From Octopus vulgaris (Eukaryota): DNA of 64,000 nt. A model generated the notes under the pieces. The model made no database searches. It was given only the letters and a program-made list of their open reading frames with translations, and was not told the DNA's origin. The stretch is taken from the NCBI GenBank assembly GCA_951406725.2, contig OX597817.1:84258001-84322000 (forward strand), written 5' to 3'. The position numbers and the translations under genes were made by a program. Positions 40,327-51,976 of this stretch are shown one piece after another; the stretch's first letter is position 1; every line of letters begins with the position of its first letter.

Positions 40327-40409
40327 CCTGTGCTGAGGAGGAAAATGTTTGGGTGGAGTATGATTTTTAAATTCTTCATACCGATCTAATTCCGAAACGC
40401 GTCCACAGG
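40327..40409 (+). ncRNA. Type I hammerhead ribozyme motif, intact core
   Basis: CCTGTG CTGAGGA GGAA..(gtatga/tcatac)..TTCC GAAA CGCG TC CACAGG. Confidence 0.9.
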
Positions 40410-40603
40410 TAATCAAATGCCGAGTGAATTTTGTTATTTTTCCTCTCTGTCTACGTGGGTTATTTTGAGTATTTTGTTGTTCGGGGGTTTCTTCTTATAG
40501 TAGAAGAAATAGCTAAGGTTCTTTTGATGCTATTTCTAAAGTTCGGTATGTGGTAAAGCAAATCTTTGCTGAACCCTAATTATAATTATACTCATAATTA
40601 TAA

Positions 40604-40641
<38 letters not shown>

Positions 40642-40644
<3 letters not shown>

Positions 40645-42635
40645 CAAAATAAGCCACAGGATATCAGGTAGTGATGCAGTACGATCGTTTCGGGGGCTCC
40701 ATTTAATTGGACAATGAAATCATTACATAAGTATAAATGCAGTGCCATCTTCTGAATTTTAATAAGTAGGACACATTAATATAATTTTTCTCAAATATTC
40801 TAACAATACAAGAAGATTAAAGAAATTCATGTTGTTGATATTGTAGCTAAAAATAGACTACACTTCCAAGAATCGAATGAAGTCTAATGGGGTCATAGTG
40901 TTGTAAAGGATTGTAGTTCATTTCTAATTCATTTGTCTCTTTATCAACTACTAAATCTAAGACTAGAAGACTGTTTATTTTGAATAAAGGACAAGAGTGA
41001 GTTGATAGGTCATGGCTAGGTATAGTCACAAATATTATCATATGCACCCCTTTACCTCAGGGAGGAAATCAGACATTAGGAGTAGTCAGTTGGATATAAG
41101 TAAATGTCTATAAAAAGAGGCAGGATAGGGGTAGACTTTAAATATTGATGTTAATTACCAGTTAAAGGAGCAAGTCGCTAAGAAAACTAAGATGTTAATA
41201 TAGAGAAAATTTTATTTTGGGGCACCATGGGTGATTGTTTATAAACAATATTGTTATGGTGTATAAAAATATAATTTAAGAATTTCAAAAATGATATCAT
41301 AACCTAAATTGGTAAAAGGTGTGTATATATCAATTATAAACATTAAAAGAGAAAGTTTACATAGAATCAGTTTAATATTCATTCATGTACTTAATTAATT
41401 ACTTATTAGGTGGTCTCTATAAAGACTGCTCAGGGCATTTACTTACGGAATAACGGGAAATATACATGCTATCTATTAATTTTAAGCTATGAATAAAAAA
41501 GTAAAGATGCCTACAGATACACACACATTTATATGTGTGTATGTATGCATATATACATATACACAAATATTTATATTCTTATATGGATATAGTATAACCA
41601 TCCCGCATAGACATAAGTAACCGAAAGCTATCTAAGAACAAGTAAAATAATTTATAAAGGATAAGAGGTTAATAAGTAAGGATATCAAAACAAGAAAACA
41701 AAATAAGAATTTATAGAAAATAATAATAAATATAAATATAATCTACATATAAAAGGACAGGGGGTTAAAATTATGGAAGAAGTAAAAGTAACCCGAAAAG
41801 AGGAGGTAATAATATGGAAGTAGAGAGGGCAGTTAAAGGTATTCAGACCGAAGCGATTTTATAAGTTGTTATATTACAGGTGTTATTGTGTGTATGATTT
41901 TATATTTTCTAGGAGGTATAGGATTTAGTCGAATGGAGACTTACTTAAAGCTACTACAAATATACATATGATCAGTAGGGTAGAATATCATGGAAAGGAG
42001 AATAGTGTAATCACCGAAATAGGATGAAGTCAGGTTAACTAAGCAAGGGTTATCAAGGAACAGTATTATATATAGTACACCACATACCGTAACACATAGC
42101 TTATAACATATGCAATGCTATTTAATTCGCCATATAACATAATATCCCATGATTTTATTATCTTTAATACTAGAAAGTAAGTTTACAACGGATACGACAC
42201 CAAAATTAATTTCCACCATCAGTTAAAGTATGGCACCTATAATCGTTAGTTTCGAAAATACTTAAAAGTACAGGTGACGCTATGCATGCATGATTTTCTT
42301 AGGTCTAATCTATTATTAATCAGGTTGTTCTTGTCCCTATACTTAAAAATCTCATCAGTTTCCGTAGAGCACAGCTCACACCTATGTCGACAATCTCTAT
42401 AAGGCTGCGCTCTCCGTATTATATCCCATTTAAGGCTAAATCCGATTCTAGGCTTCTAGTCTTTGATTTAGTAGTTGATAAAGAGACAAATGAATTAGAA
42501 ATGAATTACAATGCCTTACAACATGATGACCCCACAACAACACTATGACCCCACTAGGCTTCATGCGATTCTTGGAAGTGTAGTCTATTTTTAACTACAA
42601 TAGCAGCAACATGAATTTCTTCCATCTTCTTGCAT
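40642..42635 (-). mobile_element. PLE-like element with a 3' hammerhead region and an inverted partial repeat at the 5' end
   Basis: 40809-40970 recurs inverted at 42452-42632. (TA)n on both sides. No recognisable ORF. Confidence 0.6.
40675..40754 (-). ncRNA. Decayed hammerhead (copy of the 25072 family)
   Basis: CAGAAGA..GAAA CGATCG TA CTGCA. U4A change and the 5' strand of stem I is lost. Confidence 0.5.
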
Positions 42636-42684
42636 ATAAATATATATTATACATATACGCATACATATACATATATATATATAT

Positions 42685-43177
<493 letters not shown>

Positions 43178-43299
43178 TATATATATACATGCATATATAT
43201 ACATATATATACATTTGTATATATATACGTATATATGTACATATATATACATGTATATATACAAATATGTATACATATACATACATGTATATATACATA

Positions 43300-43330
<31 letters not shown>

Positions 43331-43500
43331 GTATATATATATACATATATATATGTATATATATATATATATATACATGTATATATACATGTATGATTAT
43401 GTATATATATTTGTATATATACATGTATATATATATGTATATATACGTATATATATACATATGTATATATATGTACATATATATGCATGTATATATATGA

Positions 43501-43590
<90 letters not shown>

Positions 43591-43742
43591 GAAGCATGAG
43601 CACCTACATCGCTAAAAATAGAAGTCCAAAATATTTCTGTCCGTCAGAATAGTCACAAAACTAATACAGGCATGGTAGGAAAAGTTCCATTGAACATTAA
43701 AAACGCCTTACTTCTGCTAGGTCGGCACAAGCAATACTGGTC

Positions 43743-43802
43743 AACTTGTAACCCGCTTTCCAAATTAGCGCCAAATAGGTGCCTGTTTCTCATCAGCCAA
43801 TT
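43743..43802 (-). ncRNA. Decayed type I hammerhead motif
   Basis: AATTGG CTGATGA gAAAcaGGCACC tattt GGCGCTaaTTTg GAAA gcgggt TA CAAGTT. Mismatches in the stems. Confidence 0.5.
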
Positions 43803-44281
43803 ACTGCCAGTTTACTACTCCTAAAATTTCCCCCGCCATTCCCCCAAAAGTCCATTTGAAGTGACCAAACACTATTTAAATAAACGAAATGCGTGAAATT
43901 ATTTGTGAATAAATATAAGAAGGGCGGCCAGACAGTGTCACATTCGGTTTGTGAGTGTCGTAAAGAAACAGAACGAAAAATAAACCGTAGGTGAAATCCC
44001 GACAGTAAATTTCTGTTCATAACAGTTATGTCCCTTGGATAGGGATTAGACTGTGCCATCAGGATGGCAATTCTTGTAGAGTGAGTGGGGCTGGAGCACA
44101 AGTGGAATGCAGTCGGTGTGTGGAGAAAAGGAGATGGGAAGGATCGATCTTAAAATCGTTTATGGACATGTAAGTACATGTGTATGCGCCTATTTATGTA
44201 TAAGGAGCTGGATGTGGCAGACCTTATGGTAAAACCTCAGATTGTGAAGGGAAGTATTGATGGCGGAGGCTCTGACATTTA

Positions 44282-45559
44282 TCAGATCATCCCATAAGTT
44301 CTGTCCGATTTTACTTTTTTTTAAATTGAATGAAATTTAATAGTATTTTAGAATCTCTAATGGAATTTAAAATTATTTTTATGCATTTGTGTACATTCAA
44401 ACTAATTAAATATTATTTTACAGAACAATAGAATTAAAATTTCTTTGATTAAAACCCTTTCTAACATGGGAGTATCCAAAGAGCATTTAAGGCACGTAAT
44501 GCTTTTTGAGTACATATAAGGAAATTCTGCAGCCGAAGCGACTCGAAGCATACACTCAGTTTATGGGAAAGAATGCTTGAATGAAAGAATTTGCAGAAGA
44601 TAGTTTGCAAAATTCAGAAGTGCAGATTTCAGCCTTGAAGATGAAGATCGAACAAGACGTCCAGTTGAGTTTGATTATAAGCTCCTCGAGGCATCATTTG
44701 AAGAAAGTCCTGCATTATCAGTTGAAGAATTGGCAATAAAGCTTAGTTCAAACTATACAAATGTTCATCGTCATCTTCAAGAACTCGTAACGTTTCCTAA
44801 ATGGGTGCCTCGTGAATTGTCTGAAAACAACCGTAAATCCCGAGTTGATATCTGCTCTTCTCTCCGTTCTCGCGAACTCATTTCACCCCCTTTTTGGATA
44901 GACTTGTGACTGGTGACGAAAAATATATCTTCTATCGAAATGTTAAACGTCGTAAACAATGGTTAGTTAAAAGGGAAACAGCTCAACCACAACCGAGAAG
45001 GGAACTTCATGGAAAAAAGGTTCTTCTCTCTATCTGGTGGGATTGCAACGGAGTAATTCACTTTGAATTGTTAACACCTAATGCAACAATCAATGCCCAA
45101 GTCTACTGTCAGCAGTTAGTGTTTGAACCAAGCTTTGAAGAAAAAAGCCCGCTTTAGAGTATCGAAAAGGGGTGATGCTTAATCAGGACAATGCGTGATC
45201 CCACACTACAAAGATCACATCACAGAAGATCGAAGAGCTTGGTTGGGAAAAAAATCCTCGTCCACCTTGTTCTCTCGACCTTGCTCCTTCAGACTACCAT
45301 TTGTTTCGTAGTTTACAGAATCATTTGGGGGACATAACTTTCACAAGCCAGGAGGAGGTCGAAACTGACATTTCAGAGTTCTTCGCTTTGAAACCAAGAG
45401 AGTTTTACATTGATGGGATTAAAAAGCTTATAAATAGATGGAAGGAAGTCATAGATAATCACGGAAAGTACATTAATGCTCAAATTTCAATTAAATGTAA
45501 TATTTGACCACTTGTTTTTTTTTATTCAAAATTGGGACAGAACTTAAGGGATGACTTGA
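44282..45559 (+). mobile_element. mariner transposon, full length, pseudogenised
   Basis: TIR tcagatcatcccataagttctgtccgatttt / aaaattgggacagaacttaagggatgacttga. WVP, TGDEK, QDNA and DLAPSDYHLF motifs. Stops and frameshifts. Confidence 0.95.
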
Positions 45560-45724
45560 AATATTCATGAAGCAGTCCGCCAGTATTTACGTGCATGTCT
45601 GCAGTCAGGAGGGTAAGATCGATAAATTTCAATTTTACAGTTTAGATAAGAATCCAGGTGAAGAGGAGAGCCTACACCTACTGCAAATTAAATTAAGATT
45701 TGCACATCTCCTATGCTTTCCAAA

Positions 45725-45761
<37 letters not shown>

Positions 45762-45768
45762 TTATGTA

Positions 45769-45853
<85 letters not shown>

Positions 45854-45858
45854 GTATA

Positions 45859-45943
<85 letters not shown>

Positions 45944-46214
45944 GTGTGTGTGCGTGTGTGTGTGTGTGTAATGAAACGTAACTGTAACATCCGAGAATTC
46001 AGGTGTAGGAAGTTAGTAATTTCGACCAGTCCATAGAAAGTATAGGAAACAACTTTCAGGAATAGTGGTTTATTGGAGTAGAAGGTTGGAAAATTTTCCC
46101 ATATCGAAGAGCGATAAGCTGAAAAACGTTATTTTATAGTTCACGGTTAGCAACCAGAGTTGTTATGTATACGAATAAAAATCCAAATTTAGAGAAATGG
46201 AGCAGGTAAAATTC

Positions 46215-46299
46215 AGACTACATATGTTTCCTAGCTAGCAGAACCTCGGAAGTAAAAATTATTCAACAAGGAGTATTCCACTAGATACTCATCAGGCCT
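46215..46299 (-). ncRNA. Type I hammerhead motif with long stem II
   Basis: AGGC CTGATGA gtat CTAGTGGAA..TTCTGCTAG ctag GAAA CATATG TA GTCT. G-G at the base of stem II. Confidence 0.75.
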
Positions 46300-46543
46300 A
46301 AGATACATTAGTTAAATGAAGGTAGCATTGTCGTCATGGGATCCCAAATTAACTCGCAGGATATTTGATCGAAAATGGATGGTAAGTATGGTGTGAGAGG
46401 ACAAAAGTGAAAAGCATATGTGTGAAGAAATAAGACATGAGAGTGAGTCAATGTTTAAAGGAGAGGCGAAAGAGTGGGGGGAAATTTTTTGGTTAGATTG
46501 AAGCTTTGCTTTCTCTCTCTCTCCCCATTTCTTTCCTCACCCA

Positions 46544-46577
46544 TTTCTGTCGAAGAGCATGGGCTCGAAACGTCAAA
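46544..46577 (+). ncRNA. Ultra-minimal hammerhead motif (A6U, probably inactive)
   Basis: TTT CTGTCGA A GAGC atgg GCTC GAAA CG TC AAA. Same family as 27328. Confidence 0.55.
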
Positions 46578-47027
46578 GAGTTTTCTAGTCTCCCCGAGCG
46601 TCAAACTAATACATTTGCTTATTGTTCCCTCACATATCTTTGTCTTTTGTATACTCGACATTTGAGCTAGTACTGCCAATTTCAGTGTACGTCGTAATGA
46701 GAATTAACCGTTTTGATTTTTGTTTTTTAAATTTTTAATGTTGCTAATTACCTTTTATCATATTTTATCATATTTATTTTGTCTATTATAAACGTTTGAC
46801 AGTTTTCTCATTATCTTTTGTCCACTTTATTTGGTTTTGCTATGTCTACTTGCTTGATGCAGATTCGTGTTTGTGTTGTAAATGATGAAGACGCTGTGTG
46901 GAGGTTACGTTCTCCTACTTATGTTTTATATTCAGAGTCGGATTTATAGGGAGTCGAAGAGGGCAATTGCCCCGGGCATCCAAAGATATAGGGCCCTCCT
47001 GCTATGAAGGATATGTAACACTCAATA

Positions 47028-48822
47028 TAGGTAGTTCCGATAAGGTAGTTATCAGCCCCTAATTGGAACTCTCTCGTATGACATGTACGCATGCTCAGTG
47101 ACTTGCTTTTACTTCCGAGTACTAACGACTCAGGTTGTAAGACCGGTTAATATGATATCTCCGAAGAAATCGTGCAAATACTGTTGCATATGCAGTAATT
47201 ATAGAGAGAAGAATATAGATGACAAAGTTATTTCACTTCATAGATACCCTAGAAACGTCGCTATTCGTCGTATTTGGCTTCAGAGATCGAAACTTGTGAG
47301 AAAAGACTTTGTTTACACTGCAAGTAGCCAGATTTGCTGCCAGCATTTCGTCAATTCTAATGGACCATCCGTTTTTCGAAACAAAGTATCTAAAACATCA
47401 GTAAGTTCATGGTCATATACGTAGTTAGTAGATGAGTGATATGTCTCTATGATTTATCTCCTCATTAACAGATTAGAACATGTTAAAATTCAAGTGGTCT
47501 ACCTTGGGTTAAACTCGAAAGTTTAAACTAATAAGTGTTGTGTTGATGTACAGGTATTTTTGATGAAGCATTTTGCATTCCCCCAAAAAATACATTGAAA
47601 TTGTTGTGAATGTTCTGAATGAATGTGGGAATTTCGAGTAAGACTAGCTGTGATATTTTTCTTTACATATATATATGATTAAATAATAAATTTACAGCAT
47701 TGAATCTAATATTCCTCTAATAGACATAATAGATTAATAGAATTTATAGTGTGGCTGTCACTCCCTCTTCTATACCTCATCATGTTCATGGCTAAATCAG
47801 TGAATGATTGCTGAAAGCTATGCCCACGTAAAACCGTATTTAATTTATTTGCAGAATATACAAGTGAATGAATGTCAAGAAGATATTGAGACCAGGGAAG
47901 TCGAAGATATGAATGTCGCAGAACAGCTTGGTTGCTTTGTAAGTCTTACCATGTCTATGTTGAACAATTCTTAAATGTTTCATGATTACTGTGGTCCAGT
48001 TAATCCTGAATCATTCTCAGCTTTTACGCACAAGTCAGTGCAGACTGTACAAGAAATTCGTACCAAGGAAATAGGAATACAATGTGATCTAGTCAATATA
48101 CCTATTTATACAAATATCAGTACTAAGACCATGGAAAATAAGATGGTGGATTGTGAAACACAGGCAAAAACACCTGTGCTTACATATGAAGATGTGAAAA
48201 ATGATAATCAGAAGCTTCTCTTTTACACGGGGATACCAGATTCCATGATTTTGATTGTCGTTTTGATGAAATTAAAGATGATGCAGCAAGTGAAACTGCC
48301 AGACATGGTGCATCATCAGAGCAAAGCAGACCCAGACAGCTTCGATTAATTGATGAATTTTTTCTTGTACTTATGAGATTGCGACTTGGGCTGCTATTAG
48401 AGGATTTAGTATATCGCTTCTGCATTAGCACAAGAACATGCGGCACAATATTTAATAAGTGGATTGATTACTTAGATGTCCAGTTATCATTTCTGGTAAT
48501 ATGGCCATCAAGAAAATCAGAGAATGACCATATGCCACCATCATTTCGTGCAAAGTATCCACCTTGTCGAGTTATAGTTGATTGTATAGAAATATTAGCC
48601 GAGACTCCTTCCCTACAACGCAAATCATTGGTGTGCAGTGATTATAAAACGCATATGACATGGAAGGGCTTAATGGGTATCAGTCAAGTTGGTGCAGTAA
48701 CTTTTGTATCGGAATTATGGGCAGGGTGTGTCAGTGATAAAGTTATTACACAGAAAAGCCATTTATTAGATCTCTGCGAAAGTGGCGATTCCATAATGAC
48801 CGACAATGTAATAGCAGTTTGA
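47028..48822 (+). mobile_element. ISL2EU/Harbinger-type transposon, 3'-truncated; THAP + HTH + DDE transposase pseudogene with one intron
   Basis: Exon 1 47152-47400 (C..C..LHRYP..W..ICCQHF, THAP). Intron GTAAGT 47401 to TTGCAG 47854, phase 0. Exon 2: HDY, FYTG, LMRLRLG..DL.YRF.IS, VIVDC.E, YK, G.VSDK, DSIMTD. Confidence 0.85.
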
Positions 48823-49294
48823 TTCTGCTCCATGCAAATTAAAGTTTCATGGAGCCAAATCAAACTATGTATGTGCGTGTATGTGTATGTATGTATGTCA
48901 TGGTCGCACTAAATCATAAAATCCCATTGGATCTTTACATTATCATTTTCGATGATGTCAAGTCCATACTTGTTGCAAAGTGTCCAATAGACAATCCTTG
49001 CTATATTGTCATGACGTCTCATATTCCTTCTGGGCTAGTGGCGTGCATTGACTGGTAATAAGCCACACGGTTTCATTATTTTGCGCACAAATTCTGCATT
49101 TATTACTTTCTGATGTTGTCTGTTGATGTTGTCTGTTGATGTAATTGGTTCTTAATGCTTGCTCTTAGGCAGCACAGATTAGAACCTCCGTTTCCGGTTT
49201 TAAATCATTTTCAGTAATACATAGCCCTCTTTTTTCTCTGTCTGTCTTATCTTCAACATCCCTATGAAATTGTCATTGTTGTTGTTATGCTAAT

Positions 49295-49675
49295 ACATAC
49301 TAACTTAGCAGGGATTTTATCTTGAGGTTAGATAACAAGAAGTCTACTGAAATGTCAAAAATCTTCTTTAGAACTTTTGCAGATTGTAGGATGGTATTTT
49401 TCTGCAGCTCGCCAAAGCGAGCTTCAATTCCAATCTCTTTTAGTTTCAAATAACATTTTGATTGTTCACCAAATGCACCTATTATTACAAGAATGATTGT
49501 TCACTAGGTCTTCCACAGTCTCCTCAGATCACTGGCTAGACGGTGATGTTTCTCAAATTTTTCAATTTCTTTGGTATCGACTCTCCTATCATAGGGAATT
49601 ACGAAACCTATGATCTTATACTGTTTATTTTATCCTCAACGATTGTGTTGTCCTCTATGATCATGTTTGGTCTTG
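49295..49675 (-). mobile_element. R4/Dong-type LINE, 3' fragment (second family)
   Basis: IPYDRRVDTKEIEK..LASDLRRLWK..VIIGAFG..ELQK on the minus strand. Confidence 0.7.
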
Positions 49676-49702
49676 TAGTAGTTGTTGTAGTAGTAGTAGT
49701 AG

Positions 49703-49920
49703 TAAGGCGGCGAGCTGGCAAAATTATTAACACGCTGAGCAAAATGCTTAGTGGTATTTCGTCCGTCTTTACATTCTGAGTTCAAATTCTGCAGAGTTCG
49801 ACTTTGCCTTTCATCTTTTCAGGGTCAATAAAAAAAAGTACTATTTGAGCAGCGGGGTCGATGTAATAGACTTGCCCCGTCCCTCAACATTACTGTTGTT
49901 GTGCCAAAATTTGAAACCAT
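49703..49920 (+). mobile_element. SINE family A
   Basis: aaggcggcgagctggca head plus core domain. Confidence 0.85.
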
Positions 49921-50539
49921 TTTATGATTATCATCATCATCATCATTGTCATCATTTTCGTATCATCTTTATTTGACTAATTAAGTTACGCGAAATTGAC
50001 CTATTGAGGTTTATAGCGACGACAATTACGCCAATCCTCAGTCAATCGGCAAAATCTTAAATAAACACGATTATGCCTAACAATATCGATCTTTAGCGCA
50101 ATATAGATCGTTCTTCTCAACCAGACTGATATTGTAGCAGTAAAGGGTAAAAAAACACTAGTTTCTCTGTCTCATTCATGTTATCGCTCTTCCTTATCGT
50201 TTTAATGTGAACGCCAAGTTTTGGAAATTTTCTTTGTGCAGATTAAACAAAACAAATAATAAAATCAAGAATATACTCTAAAGCCTGTTCGAGAAAACTA
50301 AAAATTATATAAAAACGAAATATATTTTTGTTCTCAGACTAAAATTATTAAAAATTTTCCTGAGCGGGGACTTTTTTCCTTGATATATTTCATTCGCTTT
50401 ATTTTCTGATATATAATGTGTGTGATTGAAGAAAAAAATTAGTCAAATTGAAGTAGTCTTTAGAAAAAAAGGCTATGAAGTTTTTCAGTAAATGACAGGC
50501 GCGTTTTCCTCTATTCGAAGCAGTGCTGGAACTCTTGAG

Positions 50540-51010
50540 AAGTGAAGCCTTTTAACGTCTCAATCATTTTTCCCTTCACGTCTTCCATATCTGATAATCC
50601 CGTACCACCAGCTTTCGTCACCAATGATGACATTCGAAAAAAGGTCCGGAACAAGTTCCAACTGTTCTATCAGTTCACGACACGCATTTAGTCGTAACTG
50701 CTTTGGTTCTTTCATGAGCAAGTGAGGCACAAATTTTACTGCAACTCTCTTCATTTGTAATTTCTCGCTCAAAATTCGTTGGCAGGAGCTCCATGCCAAC
50801 AAGTCCGTCAATTGTTCGGTAACAGTCCTACAATATCAGTTCATGAATTTTTATGATGTTTTTATTCGTTCGGGAGATCGACGGTCGTCCTGAACGAGGT
50901 TGGCCTTCAGGCGACAAATGACCATTCCTAAAGCGTAAAAACAACTTGTCAACTTATGATTTGCTCATGGCAGCGTACTTGTAAGCTGTTTGAATCATGT
51001 CAACTGTTTC
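50540..51010 (-). mobile_element. mariner transposase fragment (different family)
   Basis: PRSGRPS, ILSEKLQMKRVAVKFVPHLL, IIGDESW. Confidence 0.8.
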
Positions 51011-51029
51011 AGCCACCGTTTTCCCCAGT

Positions 51030-51832
51030 AAAGAAGAGAATTTCACGGAAGCACGTTGTTCCTTCGTGCAAAACAAAGGCGCGCTACGTCCATCTGCTCT
51101 CTCTCCCAGCACCCGCCCTGCCGCTTCTCCCGTTCCCCCTCACCTACCACCCCTCCATCCTGCCTCTCCAACACACCATTCTCCGAGCCTTCGGCGACTC
51201 CACTTCGCACATCTTCCCCAACCTACCCCTCTCCTCCTTCAAATGATACCACAACCTACGTGACCTCTTGGTCCACAGTTTTTTCCATAACCCCAACTCC
51301 CAACCCGGCTCGTCCCTCTGCTCCCGCCCACGCTGCCGCACTTGTCCCTACATCTCCAACCCCACCATCATCACAGGCACCCATCATCGTCCCTATTATA
51401 TCACTGACTCCTTCACCTGCACTTCTAGCGACGTCATTTACTGTAACTTCTGCTCTTTCTGTCACTTTCTGTATATCCTCCGAGACATCAGACTCGGCAA
51501 CGGCACCCCGGTCTCGAGCCATTTCCGCTCTACCGGTCATTCATTACAACACCTGTCTGTGTTCGGATTGTCTTTGCAGGGTGGCCATCGGGACTCCCGT
51601 CTTCGCCATAAAGAGGAATTAATCTTCTCTCTTCGCTTCTTTGCACCACATGGGATCAACCCCCTCTCCTCTTCATCTGACTCTCTCCCTCTCGCCTCTC
51701 TTCTTCACACATCTGCTTCCCCTCTTCACTCCTACCCACCTTCTCCCTTCATCGTCACCCCCTACATCGAAACCCCACCCCTACACATCCCAACCCCGCC
51801 GTCCCAACATATTCAAACCCCACCATCCCATC
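51030..51832 (+). mobile_element. Neptune-type PLE, 3' fragment (GIY-YIG, internally deleted)
   Basis: LTYHP, NLRDLLVHS, CSRPRCRTC, FTCTSSDVIYC..C..C..LYI, PVSSHF, LIFSL..PHGIN. Confidence 0.85.
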
Positions 51833-51903
51833 CATATATATATATATATGTGTGTATGTATGTATGTATGTATGTATGTATGTATGTATGTATGTATGTA
51901 TAT

Positions 51904-51975
<72 letters not shown>

Positions 51976-51976
<1 letters not shown>

